Source of the DNA: Alistipes sp.
GTDB taxonomy: Bacteria > Bacteroidota > Bacteroidia > Bacteroidales > Rikenellaceae
Length of the DNA stretch: 64,000 nt
Assembly (NCBI GenBank): GCA_029059935.1
Contig: JAIDUZ010000070.1
Coordinates: 1,419 to 65,418 of the forward strand
Direction of reading: 5' to 3'
In this document: piece after piece, positions 29,000 through 38,845 of the stretch
How positions within the stretch are numbered: the stretch's first letter is position 1
How the letters are laid out: the number at the start of each line of letters is the position of its first letter
Program-made: the position numbers and the translations under genes
Notes under the pieces: model-generated
Seen by the model: only the letters and a program-made list of their open reading frames with translations
Databases searched by the model: none
Told to the model about the DNA's origin: nothing

Positions 29000-29285
29000 G
29001 ATAAGTAACGAAAACCTCGCTCAACTCCTCGAAATCCTGCTTTTCAGCCTTTTCGCAACTCGACGAGAATCAACAGGTAACATTTCTGCCGCTCAAACAC
29101 TTAACCTTATTCCTCCCCATAACCTTACTTTATCCAAAATTCTTCGTATCTTTGCCCAAGGGAAACCGCGCCCGGAAGCCCGGGCGGAACCCATCCGCGG
29201 AAGCGCCCTGCGCGACTTCCCCGCTACCGGCGCCGCACACCAACGGCCGACGCACGCAACAAAAACACTGAAAACCAATTCCGAA

Positions 29286-31301
29286 ATGAAACGTTATCTT
29301 CTGCTCTGCCTGATGCTGGCACTCGGGGCTCCGCTGGAGGCCCGCGAAATCCACCCGCTGAACGAAGGCTGGCGCTTCTTTTTCCGGACGGAAACTTCGA
29401 GCGACAACGCCCGCTATGTGACGCTGCCCCACAGCTGGAACAACGACCCGACCCTCGAAGGGGTGCTGGTCGAAACGACCGGCAACTACCAGAACGACCT
29501 CTACATCCCGGCCGAATGGGCCTCGAAGCGGGTCTTCATCCGCTTCCACGGCGCGCAGAACGTGGCTGACGTATTCGTGAACGGCTACCTGGCCGGCAGC
29601 CACCGCGGAGGCTCCACGGCCTTTGCGTTCGAGATTACCGACCGGCTGCGCTTCGGAGCCGACAACATCCTGCTGGTGCGGGTGAGCAACGCCTCGCGCA
29701 ACGACGTACTGCCCACGTCGGCCGACATGAACTTCTACGGAGGACTCTACCGCGAAGCCGAACTGATCGTCACGGAGCGCACCGCCGTATCGCCCCTCTA
29801 CCTGGGCACCGACGGAGTGCTGGTGCATCAGAAAAGCGCCACGGCGGCCAAGGCCGAAGGTGAAATCGAAGTGCATCTGACCTCGACCGACGAAACCAGC
29901 TGTCCGCTGACCCTGACCGTCACGGCGCCCGACGGCCGCACGGTGCTCAACAAGACCCTGACCGTACGCCTCGACGGCAAACCGGTGAAGATAGCCTACA
30001 ACATTGCCTCGCCCAAGCTGTGGAGCCCGTCCCGTCCGGCGCTCCACACGGTGACGGTGACCGCAGGCGAAGGGGCGCATCGCGACCGGGTGTCGGTGCG
30101 CACGGGATTCCGCGAAGTGAAAGCCCTGCCGAGCGCCCTGCTGCTGAACGGCGACAGTCTGAAGATGCGCGGAGTGACGCTCTACCACGACAACGCCGCA
30201 TCGGCCGGCACGCTGACGGCGGCCGACTACGAAGCCGACCTGCGCGAGATACGCACGCTGGGAGCCAACGCCCTGCGCTCGGCCGTGATACCCCACGGAC
30301 ATGCGCTCTACGACCTCTGCGACCGAGAAGGGGTGCTGGTGTGGGTGGACACGCCCCTGCGGCAGGCCCCTTTCCTGAGCGACGCGGGCTACTACGCCAC
30401 GCCGACCTTCGAACAGAACGGTCTGGAACAGCTGCGCGAAATCGTGGCGCAGAACCTCAACCACCCGTCGGTGGTGATGTGGGGCATCTTCTCGCGGATG
30501 CGCACCACGGGCGACGACGTAGTGCCCTACATCCGGCAACTGCACCGCACGGCCCGCGAAGCGGACCCGTCGCGCCCGACCGTGGCGGTGAGCGAACGCA
30601 ACGGCGCCATGAACTTCGTTACGGACCTGATCGTATGGCGCAAGGAAGAAGGCTGGAACAAAGGACGGCCCGACAACCTGACGGTGTGGCTCGAAGGGCT
30701 GCAACGCGACTGGTCGCATCTGCGCTCGGCCATCGAATACGGCGGCGAAGGATTCCTGGACCATCACAGCTTCACGATGCACCCCCGCCCTGCCAACGGC
30801 CGGATGCCCGAAGAACGCCAAACCCGATTCCATGAAGAATACGCCCGGGTGCTCGAACACGACTCGCTGCTGTGGGGCGTGTGGATAGAAAACATGTTCG
30901 ACTACGGCTCGGCCCGCAGGCCCTACGGCATCAACGGCTGCGGACTGATGACCCTGGACCGCCGCAGCCGGAAAGACGCCTACTATCTGTACAAAGCGCT
31001 GTGGAACAAGCGGGAGCAGACGCTCCACATAGCCGACAAACGCTCGACGCACCGCACCGAGCCGAAGCAGAGCTTCCGCATCTACTCATCGGCCGGAACG
31101 CCGGTGCTGACCGTCGGCCGCGACACGGTGGCCGTGAAACGCTATGCCGACTGCCAATACCGCTCGGACTCGGTGATGCTGACAGGCCGTGTGACGGTGA
31201 AGGCGTCGGCGGGGAAGCTGCACGACAGCGTCACCCTGCAGATAAACTGCGCCGCAAAACCGAAAGGCTATCCGGCCCCTCGGCGAACAACAAATCGATG
31301 A
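29286..31301 (+). CDS. Glycoside hydrolase family 2-like protein with a degenerate acid/base motif
   Basis: Signal peptide, LN.GWRF, VTLPHSWN, YGGLYR, PKLWSP, GFRE, YDLCDREG, NHPSVVMW, IEYG, RKDAYYLYK. Confidence 0.88.
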   Translation: MKRYLLLCLMLALGAPLEAREIHPLNEGWRFFFRTETSSDNARYVTLPHSWNNDPTLEGVLVETTGNYQNDLYIPAEWASKRVFIRFHGAQNVADVFVNGYLAGSHRGGSTAFAFEITDRLRFGADNILLVRVSNASRNDVLPTSADMNFYGGLYREAELIVTERTAVSPLYLGTDGVLVHQKSATAAKAEGEIEVHLTSTDETSCPLTLTVTAPDGRTVLNKTLTVRLDGKPVKIAYNIASPKLWSPSRPALHTVTVTAGEGAHRDRVSVRTGFREVKALPSALLLNGDSLKMRGVTLYHDNAASAGTLTAADYEADLREIRTLGANALRSAVIPHGHALYDLCDREGVLVWVDTPLRQAPFLSDAGYYATPTFEQNGLEQLREIVAQNLNHPSVVMWGIFSRMRTTGDDVVPYIRQLHRTAREADPSRPTVAVSERNGAMNFVTDLIVWRKEEGWNKGRPDNLTVWLEGLQRDWSHLRSAIEYGGEGFLDHHSFTMHPRPANGRMPEERQTRFHEEYARVLEHDSLLWGVWIENMFDYGSARRPYGINGCGLMTLDRRSRKDAYYLYKALWNKREQTLHIADKRSTHRTEPKQSFRIYSSAGTPVLTVGRDTVAVKRYADCQYRSDSVMLTGRVTVKASAGKLHDSVTLQINCAAKPKGYPAPRRTTNR

Positions 31302-31848
31302 ACGACAGACCGGCGGCGAAAGGCTGCCGGTCGGCGAAGACCTGCACGTAGGACCCGGCACGATAGGCCGGGTCCTGCGCGTTTTTGGGGCGCAGGTCGA
31401 GGTCGCCGGGAGCGGCGGCGAGGTAGGTGTCGCTCACGGCGGGCATGGCGATGCGGACGGCCGAACAGAGCGTTTCGAGCAACTGCAAATTGTAGTCGGC
31501 GAGGAACCCGAACGACTGCCGGTAGAAAGGCTCCAGCAAGCCGGCATAGTGGTCGAAATAGGGCGACGCCTTGTAAGCGGCGACCAGGGCGCCCCAATGC
31601 TGGTGCTGCCACCGCTTGGAGTAGTCGAGCCGCACATCGCGCATGGGCTGGCGCGGACGGTCGGCACGGACGACATGGGCGGTCAGCGCCATGGGTCCGC
31701 CGGCCGCGAGGATGCAGGCCCGGTTGCGCTCCGAACGCTTGATGAAGTGCTCGCCGAGGTCGACGACGCACCCGCCGCGCACCAATTCGGCGAAAAACCG
31801 CACCGACGGCAGGTAGGCACAAGGGAGAAGAACTTTCGGGGAATTCAT
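31231..31848 (-). CDS. WbqC family protein
   Basis: AYLPS, EHFIKRSERNR, WQHQHW..L..AY..SPYFDHY, YVQVF...F..GLS.IDLLF.EG. Confidence 0.88.
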   Translation of the reverse strand: MNSPKVLLPCAYLPSVRFFAELVRGGCVVDLGEHFIKRSERNRACILAAGGPMALTAHVVRADRPRQPMRDVRLDYSKRWQHQHWGALVAAYKASPYFDHYAGLLEPFYRQSFGFLADYNLQLLETLCSAVRIAMPAVSDTYLAAAPGDLDLRPKNAQDPAYRAGSYVQVFADRQPFAAGLSFIDLLFAEGPDSLSVLRRSLSAG

Positions 31849-32002
31849 AATTCAAAATGCACCATTCACAATAGAGGTTCCGCCCTCCCGCATGGAGAGC
31901 ATCGGCCGGATTCTTCGCGAGCCTTGTTGCGAGAACCGCGGATGCCGCGCAGGACTCCGCAAGCCGAAAAACGACAGCCGCCCGCCCGGGGCTTTCGACC
32001 GG

Positions 32003-33511
32003 TCACTTTTCAACTTTCACTTTGTCCTCCGGCTCCTGCCACTTGCCGTCGGCCTTGATGAGGGCGACGAGACGGTCGAGGGCCTCGTGCTGGGGAATGT
32101 TGCGGGCCACGACCGTGCGGCCGCGGTAGAGCGTGATGCACCCGGGGGCGGCGCCGACGTAGCCGTAGTCGGCGTCGGCCATCTCGCCGGGACCGTTGAC
32201 GATGCACCCCATGACGCCGATGCGGAGGTTGGGGAGGTGCGACGTACGGGCCTTGATGTCGCGGAGCGTACGTTCGATGTCGTAGAGCGTACGCCCGCAC
32301 GAGGGGCATGCGATATACTCGGTGCGGGAGAAGCGGGCGCGGGCGGCCTGCAGAATCATCAGCTCCACGTTGCGGATGTCGGCCGCGGCATGGCCCGGGG
32401 CGTCGATCCAGAGACCGTCGGCCAAGCCGTCGAGCACCAGGGGACCGAGGTCGGCGGCAGCCTTGACAGCCAATGTCTCCAACGAAGCATCATCGTAGCG
32501 ACGCTTCACGACGACGGGTTCGTCGGGCTGTTCGAGGTTGAGAATCGCGGCCCTCAGTTCGGCCGTGGGGTTGCCCGAAAGGGCTTCGATGATGCGGAAG
32601 CCCTCCATCGGCTCGTCGTGCACGACGGGCACCGCCACCCTGCTGCGCCGCCGGTACTCGGCGGGCGACCAACGCTCGGGATGGCGCACCTCGAAGGTGC
32701 CGGGCCGTGCGGCGAAATGGTCGGCCAGGAGCTGTGCCACGGGAATCTCGTTCTCGGGAGCCTCGGTGAGCGAAACGCGAACGGTGTCGCCGATGCCGTC
32801 GGCCAACAAGGCCCCGATGCCCACGGCGCTCTTGATGCGCCCTTCGAGCCCGTTGCCGGCCTCGGTGACCCCCAAATGGACCGGATAGCTCATGCCCTCG
32901 GCCTCCATGGCTTCGACCAGCAAACGGTAGGCGGCGACCATGACGCGCGTGTTGCTGGACTTCATCGAGACGACGACCCGGTCGAACCCCTCGCGCCGGC
33001 AGACGCGCAGGAACTCCATGGCCGAGACGACCATACCCTGCGGCGTGTCGCCCCACTCGTCGAAGACGCGCTTGGCCAGCGACCCGTGGTTGACGCCGAT
33101 GCGCAGGGCGACGCCCCGCTCGCGGCACTGCGCGATGAGGGCTTCGAGCTGGCCGCGGTCGGTGCGGTAGTTGCCGGGGTTGATGCGCACCTTGTCGACG
33201 TACTGCGCAGCGACGGATGCCGCCTCGGGCAGAAAGTGGATGTCGGCGACGAGGGCGGCATCGATGCCCTCCTCGCGCACGCGGCGGGCGATATGCTGCA
33301 AATTCTCGGCCTCGCGCCGGCCCTGAGCCGTGAGGCGCACGATACGGCCGCCGGCCGCGGCGATGCGGGCGATCTGCGCAACGCATGCCTCGGTGTCGTT
33401 GGTGTCGGTGTTGGTCATCGACTGCACCGCCACGGGGCGGGAGCCGCCGATGGTGACGCCGCCGATAGCGACCTCGTGCGAACGGCGCCGCACAAACATG
33501 TTGAGATTCAT
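32003..33511 (-). CDS. ispG: HMBPP synthase (MEP pathway)
   Basis: VQSMTNT, LVADIHF, RINPGN, RIGVNHGSL, HLGVTEAG, GDTVRVSL, CPSCGR, MGCIVNGPGE. Confidence 0.97.
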   Translation of the reverse strand: MNLNMFVRRRSHEVAIGGVTIGGSRPVAVQSMTNTDTNDTEACVAQIARIAAAGGRIVRLTAQGRREAENLQHIARRVREEGIDAALVADIHFLPEAASVAAQYVDKVRINPGNYRTDRGQLEALIAQCRERGVALRIGVNHGSLAKRVFDEWGDTPQGMVVSAMEFLRVCRREGFDRVVVSMKSSNTRVMVAAYRLLVEAMEAEGMSYPVHLGVTEAGNGLEGRIKSAVGIGALLADGIGDTVRVSLTEAPENEIPVAQLLADHFAARPGTFEVRHPERWSPAEYRRRSRVAVPVVHDEPMEGFRIIEALSGNPTAELRAAILNLEQPDEPVVVKRRYDDASLETLAVKAAADLGPLVLDGLADGLWIDAPGHAAADIRNVELMILQAARARFSRTEYIACPSCGRTLYDIERTLRDIKARTSHLPNLRIGVMGCIVNGPGEMADADYGYVGAAPGCITLYRGRTVVARNIPQHEALDRLVALIKADGKWQEPEDKVKVEK

Positions 33512-33579
33512 GGGTTCGGGATAGTTTTCCGTGAATCCGGCCTGCCGGCCCGGAGCGAACCGGCAGCAGGCCGGACGGG

Positions 33580-34377
33580 TCATTTTATGAGACTGGTGAG
33601 GGGATATTTCAGATTCCGGTAAGCGGAGATGTAGGCATTAATGGAACCGACGCGCACGGGCGACTCGATGTAGAGCGGGATTTTGTTCTCGTCGTCGGAA
33701 ATCCAGATGGTGAAGACCGTGCCGTCGGTGAAGGAGTAACCCTCGGTGGTGCCCAGCTGGCAGTCGAACTTCAAGGTGTTGAACTTGCCGATGTTGCGGA
33801 TTTTCTTGACCTCGCGGCCCAGGAACCGGTAACGGATGCTGCGGACGGTGTCCTGCAAGACCATGCGCAGCAGACGGGGCTCGCCCTCGCGGAAGTCGTC
33901 GGCCGCAGCCGTGCGCATGTTGAAGAAGAGCGAAATGGCGTCCATGCTTTCGGGCGTGAGGGCCAGCTCCTTTTCGGAATAGGGATTCTGCCGGCGGCGC
34001 CAGCGGGTATGGACGACGCTGTTGTCCCAATCGTAGTCGAAATAACTCTGGAACGTGTAGTCGCTCTCGTGGAGGTCGCTTTCGAAATACTCGGTGCGCA
34101 AGGTGGCGGGGTCGACCCAGATCTTGTAGGTGTCTTTGAGATTGTAGAACCACCGGTAAGTGGGCAACGTACGGCCGACGGCCTCGACGAGGTAGTATTC
34201 GCGTCCGTCGCGTTCGGTTTCGGAAGTCCTGACCTCGACGGCGCCGGCCTCGGTGTTGGGAAACATCTTGGCGCGGTAGCTGACGCGGTATTCGAGCACC
34301 TCGCCGGGATGGTAGAGCTGCGCGGCGAGCGGCGAAGAAGCGGCGAAGGCGAATATGACGAAGAGGAGCTTTTTCAT
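33580..34377 (-). CDS. DUF3108 family exported protein
   Basis: Signal peptide, GE.L.Y, WISDDENKIP..IE..V.VG. Confidence 0.8.
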   Translation of the reverse strand: MKKLLFVIFAFAASSPLAAQLYHPGEVLEYRVSYRAKMFPNTEAGAVEVRTSETERDGREYYLVEAVGRTLPTYRWFYNLKDTYKIWVDPATLRTEYFESDLHESDYTFQSYFDYDWDNSVVHTRWRRRQNPYSEKELALTPESMDAISLFFNMRTAAADDFREGEPRLLRMVLQDTVRSIRYRFLGREVKKIRNIGKFNTLKFDCQLGTTEGYSFTDGTVFTIWISDDENKIPLYIESPVRVGSINAYISAYRNLKYPLTSLIK

Positions 34378-34421
34378 GGGCGAAAGATTACGGACGAAAA
34401 ACGAAGCGAAGAAAAGGATTA

Positions 34422-36530
34422 TTACGAAATACGCGAAAAATCGGTCTCGCGGCGCCCCGAATAGTTGTGCCGCAGGAGGGCGAGCCCGCGGTTCTCGGGC
34501 CGCGAGAGGGTGGGGTCGTCGTCGAGCAGCGAGATGGCCACCTCGCGCGAGAGGGTGAGAATCTGCACGTCGGCCGTGGGGTTGGCGATGCGCAGGTCGA
34601 GCGAGATGCCGCTCTGCAAGGTGCCGTTGACGTCGCCGGCGCCGCGCAATTTGAGGTCGAGCTCGGCGAGGCGGAAGCCGTCGTTGGTCTCGCACATGGC
34701 TTCGAGCCGCGCGCGGCCCTCCTTGGAGAGCTTGACGCCCGACATGAGGATGCAGTAGGACTGCTCGCCGCCGCGCCCCACGCGGCCGCGCAGCTGGTGG
34801 AGCTGCGAGAGCCCGAAGCGCTCGGCCGACTCGATGACCATGACCGTGGCGTTGGGCACGTCGACACCCACCTCGATGACCGACGTGGCGACCATGATGT
34901 GGGCCTCGCCGGCCTTGAACTGGCGCATGGACTCCTCCTTGTCGGCGGGCTTCATCTTGCCGTGGCAGATGGTGGTGACGTATTCGGGCAGGGGGAAGTC
35001 GCGCGAGATGGACTCGTAGCCGTCGGTGAGGTCCTTGTAGTCCATCGACTCCGACTCCTGGATGAGGGGATAGACCACGTAGACCTGGCGTCCCTTCTTG
35101 ATCTCCTGCTTCATGAACCCGAAGAGCCGCAGGCGGGCCGAATCGGTGTAGTGGACGGTCTTGATGGGTTTGCGGCCCGGAGGCAGCTCGTCGATGACCG
35201 AGACGTCGAGGTCGCCGTAGAGCGTCATGGCCAGCGTACGCGGAATGGGCGTGGCGGTCATGACGAGCACGTGGGGCGGCCGCCGGTTCTTGGTCCAGAG
35301 CCGGGCGCGCTGCTCGACGCCGAAGCGGTGCTGCTCGTCGATGACCACGAAGCCGAGATTGTCGAACTGCACGCGGTCCTCGATGAGGGCATGGGTGCCG
35401 ATGAGGATGTCGATCTCGCCCGACGCGATGCCGAGGAGCGCCTTGCGCCGCTCGCGCTGCCTGGACGAACCGGTCAGGATGCCCACCCGCACGTCGAGGC
35501 CTTCGAGCATCCTGGTGAAGGTGGCGAAGTGCTGGCGAGCGAGGATTTCGGTGGGCGCCATCATGCAGGCTTGGTAGCCGTTGTCGACGGCCAGAAGCAT
35601 GGACATGAGGGCCACGAGGGTCTTGCCGCTGCCGACGTCGCCCTGCAGGAGGCGGTTCATCTGGAAGCCGGTGACGGTATCGTTGCGAATCTCCCTGATG
35701 ACGCGTTTCTGGGCGCCGGTGAGGGGGAACGGGAGTTTCTGCGTATAGAACGTGTTGAAGACGCCGCCGACCTTGGGAAAGAGGAAGCCGTCGCTCTTGG
35801 CCAGGCGGGCCGAACGCCGCGACTGGACGTTGAGCTGCACGCCCAGGAGCTCGTCGAACTTCAGGCGATACTGCGCCTTGCGGAGCGCCTCGGCCGACTG
35901 GGGGAAGTGGATGTTGTAGATGGCCTCGCGCAGAGGCATCAACCCGTAACGGGCACGAAGCGCATCGGGCAGCAGCTCCTCGATGTGGTCGCGGGCCAGC
36001 TCCCAGGCATGGCAGATGATGCGGTACATGCCTTTGGTGCCGAGCACGTTGGAGAGCTTCTCGGTGGAGGGATAGATGCCCTGCATGCCGCTCTCGGGCT
36101 TGCGCGCGAGGGCCTGTTCGACGGTCTCCAACTCGGGATGGGCCAGCGACAGCTCACCGCGGAAGAACGACGGACGCCCGAAGATGAGGTATTCGCGCCC
36201 CACCTCGACACGCTTCTCGATCCACTTGATGCCGCGGAACCAAATCAGCTCGGCCGACCCCGAAGCGTCGCGCACGTGGACCGAAAAACGCTGCCTGCGC
36301 CCCTCGCCGGCGTAGGAGACCCCCGTGACGCGGGCCCGGAACTGCACCAGCGTAGGGCCCTCCTCGGCGATTTCGGCGATGCGGTAGACCTTCGTACGGT
36401 CGATGTAGCGCGTGGGATAGTGGCGCAGCACGTCGCCCACGGTGCGGATGTTGAGCTCCCGGTCGAGGAGCTGCGCCCGCGCCTCGCCGACACCGGGTAC
36501 GAACTGGATATTGCTCTCCAAGATATTCAC
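34422..36530 (-). CDS. recG: ATP-dependent DNA helicase RecG
   Basis: RLLQGDVGSGKT, MAPTEILARQH, DEQHRFGV, MTATPIPRTL, QLHQLRGRVGRG. Confidence 0.98.
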   Translation of the reverse strand: MNILESNIQFVPGVGEARAQLLDRELNIRTVGDVLRHYPTRYIDRTKVYRIAEIAEEGPTLVQFRARVTGVSYAGEGRRQRFSVHVRDASGSAELIWFRGIKWIEKRVEVGREYLIFGRPSFFRGELSLAHPELETVEQALARKPESGMQGIYPSTEKLSNVLGTKGMYRIICHAWELARDHIEELLPDALRARYGLMPLREAIYNIHFPQSAEALRKAQYRLKFDELLGVQLNVQSRRSARLAKSDGFLFPKVGGVFNTFYTQKLPFPLTGAQKRVIREIRNDTVTGFQMNRLLQGDVGSGKTLVALMSMLLAVDNGYQACMMAPTEILARQHFATFTRMLEGLDVRVGILTGSSRQRERRKALLGIASGEIDILIGTHALIEDRVQFDNLGFVVIDEQHRFGVEQRARLWTKNRRPPHVLVMTATPIPRTLAMTLYGDLDVSVIDELPPGRKPIKTVHYTDSARLRLFGFMKQEIKKGRQVYVVYPLIQESESMDYKDLTDGYESISRDFPLPEYVTTICHGKMKPADKEESMRQFKAGEAHIMVATSVIEVGVDVPNATVMVIESAERFGLSQLHQLRGRVGRGGEQSYCILMSGVKLSKEGRARLEAMCETNDGFRLAELDLKLRGAGDVNGTLQSGISLDLRIANPTADVQILTLSREVAISLLDDDPTLSRPENRGLALLRHNYSGRRETDFSRIS

Positions 36531-36601
36531 TGTTCAACCGTAGTTTCGGGTTGCGACCCCCTGCCGGCCCTCCGCCGGCCGCGAATCGTGCCCCGGCATC
36601 T

Positions 36602-38107
36602 TTACTCGCGGAAAACGAGCGACCCCTGGGAATGGCGGTTCGGCCGGACAGTAGCGTCGGGCAGAGGCCGCGCAACGAGGGGGGGGGTTACCGACGCCCG
36701 GGAAACACGGGTCTGGAACACGGGTTGCACACCCGTTTCGATCCACTCGGAAACCATGCGGAAACAATCGTCGTCCTGTGTAGCGAAATCGCCGGGAAGA
36801 AGGTAATAACCCGCCGGGTCGGCGACCGTCACATCGGGTTCGAAACCGTCGGAGTAGTCGCGGAAACCCTTGGCGTTCTCGGAATAGAAGGTGATGGGCA
36901 TGAAAGTGTACTTCTCGCCGCCGATTTCACGATCGACAGAACCCTCCATACCGACGTTCTTGCCGTTGGTGCGCGTACCGACGAGCCGCACTTCGAGGTC
37001 GAAGCCGCGCAGGCCGTTGACGAGCAGCTCGCTGGCCGAAGCGGTCTTTCCGGAACAGATGACGTAGATACGCTTGAGCCCCAGCGCCTGCGAAAGGGCG
37101 TCGGCGATGGGCTGATAGGTGCCGTTGCCGTCGGGAACCGACTTGTCGCCGATGCGGTAGAAACCCGGCTGGCCCAAGGCAGCCATACGAGTGGCATTGT
37201 AGATCATGCGGCAATAGGTTTCGCCCTTGTAGGCATCGCCCAAAATGAGCGTGGCGAGCAACGTGCTCGACCGCACGGCACCGCCGCCGTTGTAACGCAG
37301 GTCGACGACCAATTCGTCGATGTCGTTGTCGCGGAACATCCGGAAAGCCGAAATCAACTCCTCGTCGTAACTCGATTCGAAACCCATGTAGAGCAGGTAG
37401 CCCACGCGCTTGTCGCCCACCGTGACCACCGTGCTGCGGTAGATGGCCGGGTCGGTGAAAGTCTCGGCCGAGAGGGTCACCTCCGTCAAGGTCTCCACCT
37501 TTCCGGACACGATGCGGTTGGGAAGCAGGCGCACCGAAGGGCCGTAATAACATTTGTCCAACAAAGTCTTAACAGTGGGATCCGTTATCATCAGGCCGTC
37601 GACCTCGGTGATGAAGTCGCCGCGCCGCAGTCCGGCACGCGAAGCCGGCGAATCGGGCGTGACTGTCTCGATGAAAAAGACTATTTGCGCCTCCGAAATC
37701 CGAACGGGCTGCAACAACCACAAACCCGTCTCGGTGACCTCGTCGCCGGCCGAACGCGATGCCGGCTTGGGACCGTCGACGTAGGAATAGTAGTACTCGC
37801 GCTGGTCGCCGGACCAATGGCCGTCGTCGTAGTTGAGCGGACGGCCCTGGGCGTCCGTATGCGCCGCCACGCCGTCGAGCAGCGATTGCAGGAATTTCTG
37901 GTAATCGAGGCTGTAGTCGGTCTTCATGGTGGTCAAAGGGTCGGGCCACAGGTAGTTCTGCGACATGTAGGAATACATCCATTTGTTGACCGTCGCATAT
38001 TTGCCGGCGGGTTTGGGCAGAGGCGTGCCCCCGCCGTCGGAAGTCTTGTCGTCGCCGCAAGCCCCGAGCAGGAGCAGAGCGAACAGAGTGCCGAGAAGTC
38101 GTTTCAT
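36602..38107 (-). CDS. S41 family peptidase lipoprotein
   Basis: Lipobox LGAC-GDD; M..NYLW, SPA..AGL.RGD (PDZ), DLRYNGGG, TASASE, T.GKNVG. Confidence 0.9.
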   Translation of the reverse strand: MKRLLGTLFALLLLGACGDDKTSDGGGTPLPKPAGKYATVNKWMYSYMSQNYLWPDPLTTMKTDYSLDYQKFLQSLLDGVAAHTDAQGRPLNYDDGHWSGDQREYYYSYVDGPKPASRSAGDEVTETGLWLLQPVRISEAQIVFFIETVTPDSPASRAGLRRGDFITEVDGLMITDPTVKTLLDKCYYGPSVRLLPNRIVSGKVETLTEVTLSAETFTDPAIYRSTVVTVGDKRVGYLLYMGFESSYDEELISAFRMFRDNDIDELVVDLRYNGGGAVRSSTLLATLILGDAYKGETYCRMIYNATRMAALGQPGFYRIGDKSVPDGNGTYQPIADALSQALGLKRIYVICSGKTASASELLVNGLRGFDLEVRLVGTRTNGKNVGMEGSVDREIGGEKYTFMPITFYSENAKGFRDYSDGFEPDVTVADPAGYYLLPGDFATQDDDCFRMVSEWIETGVQPVFQTRVSRASVTPPLVARPLPDATVRPNRHSQGSLVFRE

Positions 38108-38173
38108 AATCAACCGTATTCAGGGTTCGAACGGACGGGCCGCAGCCCGCGACATCAGTCGAACGATATTAAA

Positions 38174-38845
38174 TCACTTTTTATGGCCCTGGCGGGCTTC
38201 CGGGTCCTTGCGGTCCTTTGCATATTTGCGGCACCAGGGAGCGATGCCGCAGGCGTCGCACTGCGGATTGCGGGCCATGCAGACGTAGCGTCCGTGGAGG
38301 ATGAGCCAATGGTGCGCCACGGGCAGCAGGCGGCCCGGGATGTTCTTTTCGAGCGCCAGTTCGGTCTGCAGCGGCGTACGGGAACCCGTCGTGAGCCCGA
38401 TACGCTCGGAAACGCGGAAGACATGCGTGTCGACCGGCATCACCTGACGCTGCCACAACACGGCGCCCAGCACGTTGGCCGTCTTGCGCCCCACGCCGGG
38501 CAGGCGCTGCATGGCGTCGAGGTCGGTCGGGACCTCGCCGCCGAACTCCTCGCACAACATCCGCGCCATGCCTGCCAGATTCCTGGCCTTGTTGTTGGGA
38601 TAGGAGATGCTGCGGATGTAGGGATAGATCTCCTCGGCCGTCGCCCCGGCCATGACCTGCGGCGTGGGAAAGCGCTCGAAAAGGGCCGGCGTGGTCATGT
38701 TGACCCGCTTGTCGGTGCACTGGGCCGAGAGGATGACGGCCACCAGCAACTGGTAGGGATTCTCGTAGTGCAACTCGCTCTCGGCCACGGGCATGTGCTC
38801 GGAGAACCAGCCTATGATGCCGTCGTAACGCTGTCGGAGTGTCAT
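38174..38845 (-). CDS. nth: Endonuclease III
   Basis: LLVAVILSAQCTD, LPGVGRKTANV, VDTHV, HGRYVC..RNP.C..C.....C. Confidence 0.97.
   Translation of the reverse strand: MTLRQRYDGIIGWFSEHMPVAESELHYENPYQLLVAVILSAQCTDKRVNMTTPALFERFPTPQVMAGATAEEIYPYIRSISYPNNKARNLAGMARMLCEEFGGEVPTDLDAMQRLPGVGRKTANVLGAVLWQRQVMPVDTHVFRVSERIGLTTGSRTPLQTELALEKNIPGRLLPVAHHWLILHGRYVCMARNPQCDACGIAPWCRKYAKDRKDPEARQGHKK

Larger units (their letters stand above)
11677..29153. mobile_element. Decayed CTnDOT-like integrative element carrying a vitamin B12 uptake locus
   Basis: Direct repeat TTCGTATCTTT at 11677-11687 and 29143-29153; CAAYGGATAAGTAA near both ends; tyrosine integrases, rteC, HTH, parDE; lower GC than flanks. 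Confidence 0.85.

Noticed and set aside
31231..31301. 71 bp convergent overlap of the GH2 and wbqC genes
   Set aside because: Short tail overlaps are common in GC-rich genomes, and the GH2 tail looks non-conserved.
31268..31855. 195 aa ORF MNYEFPESS
   Set aside because: Wrong frame; the WbqC motifs are in 31231-31848.
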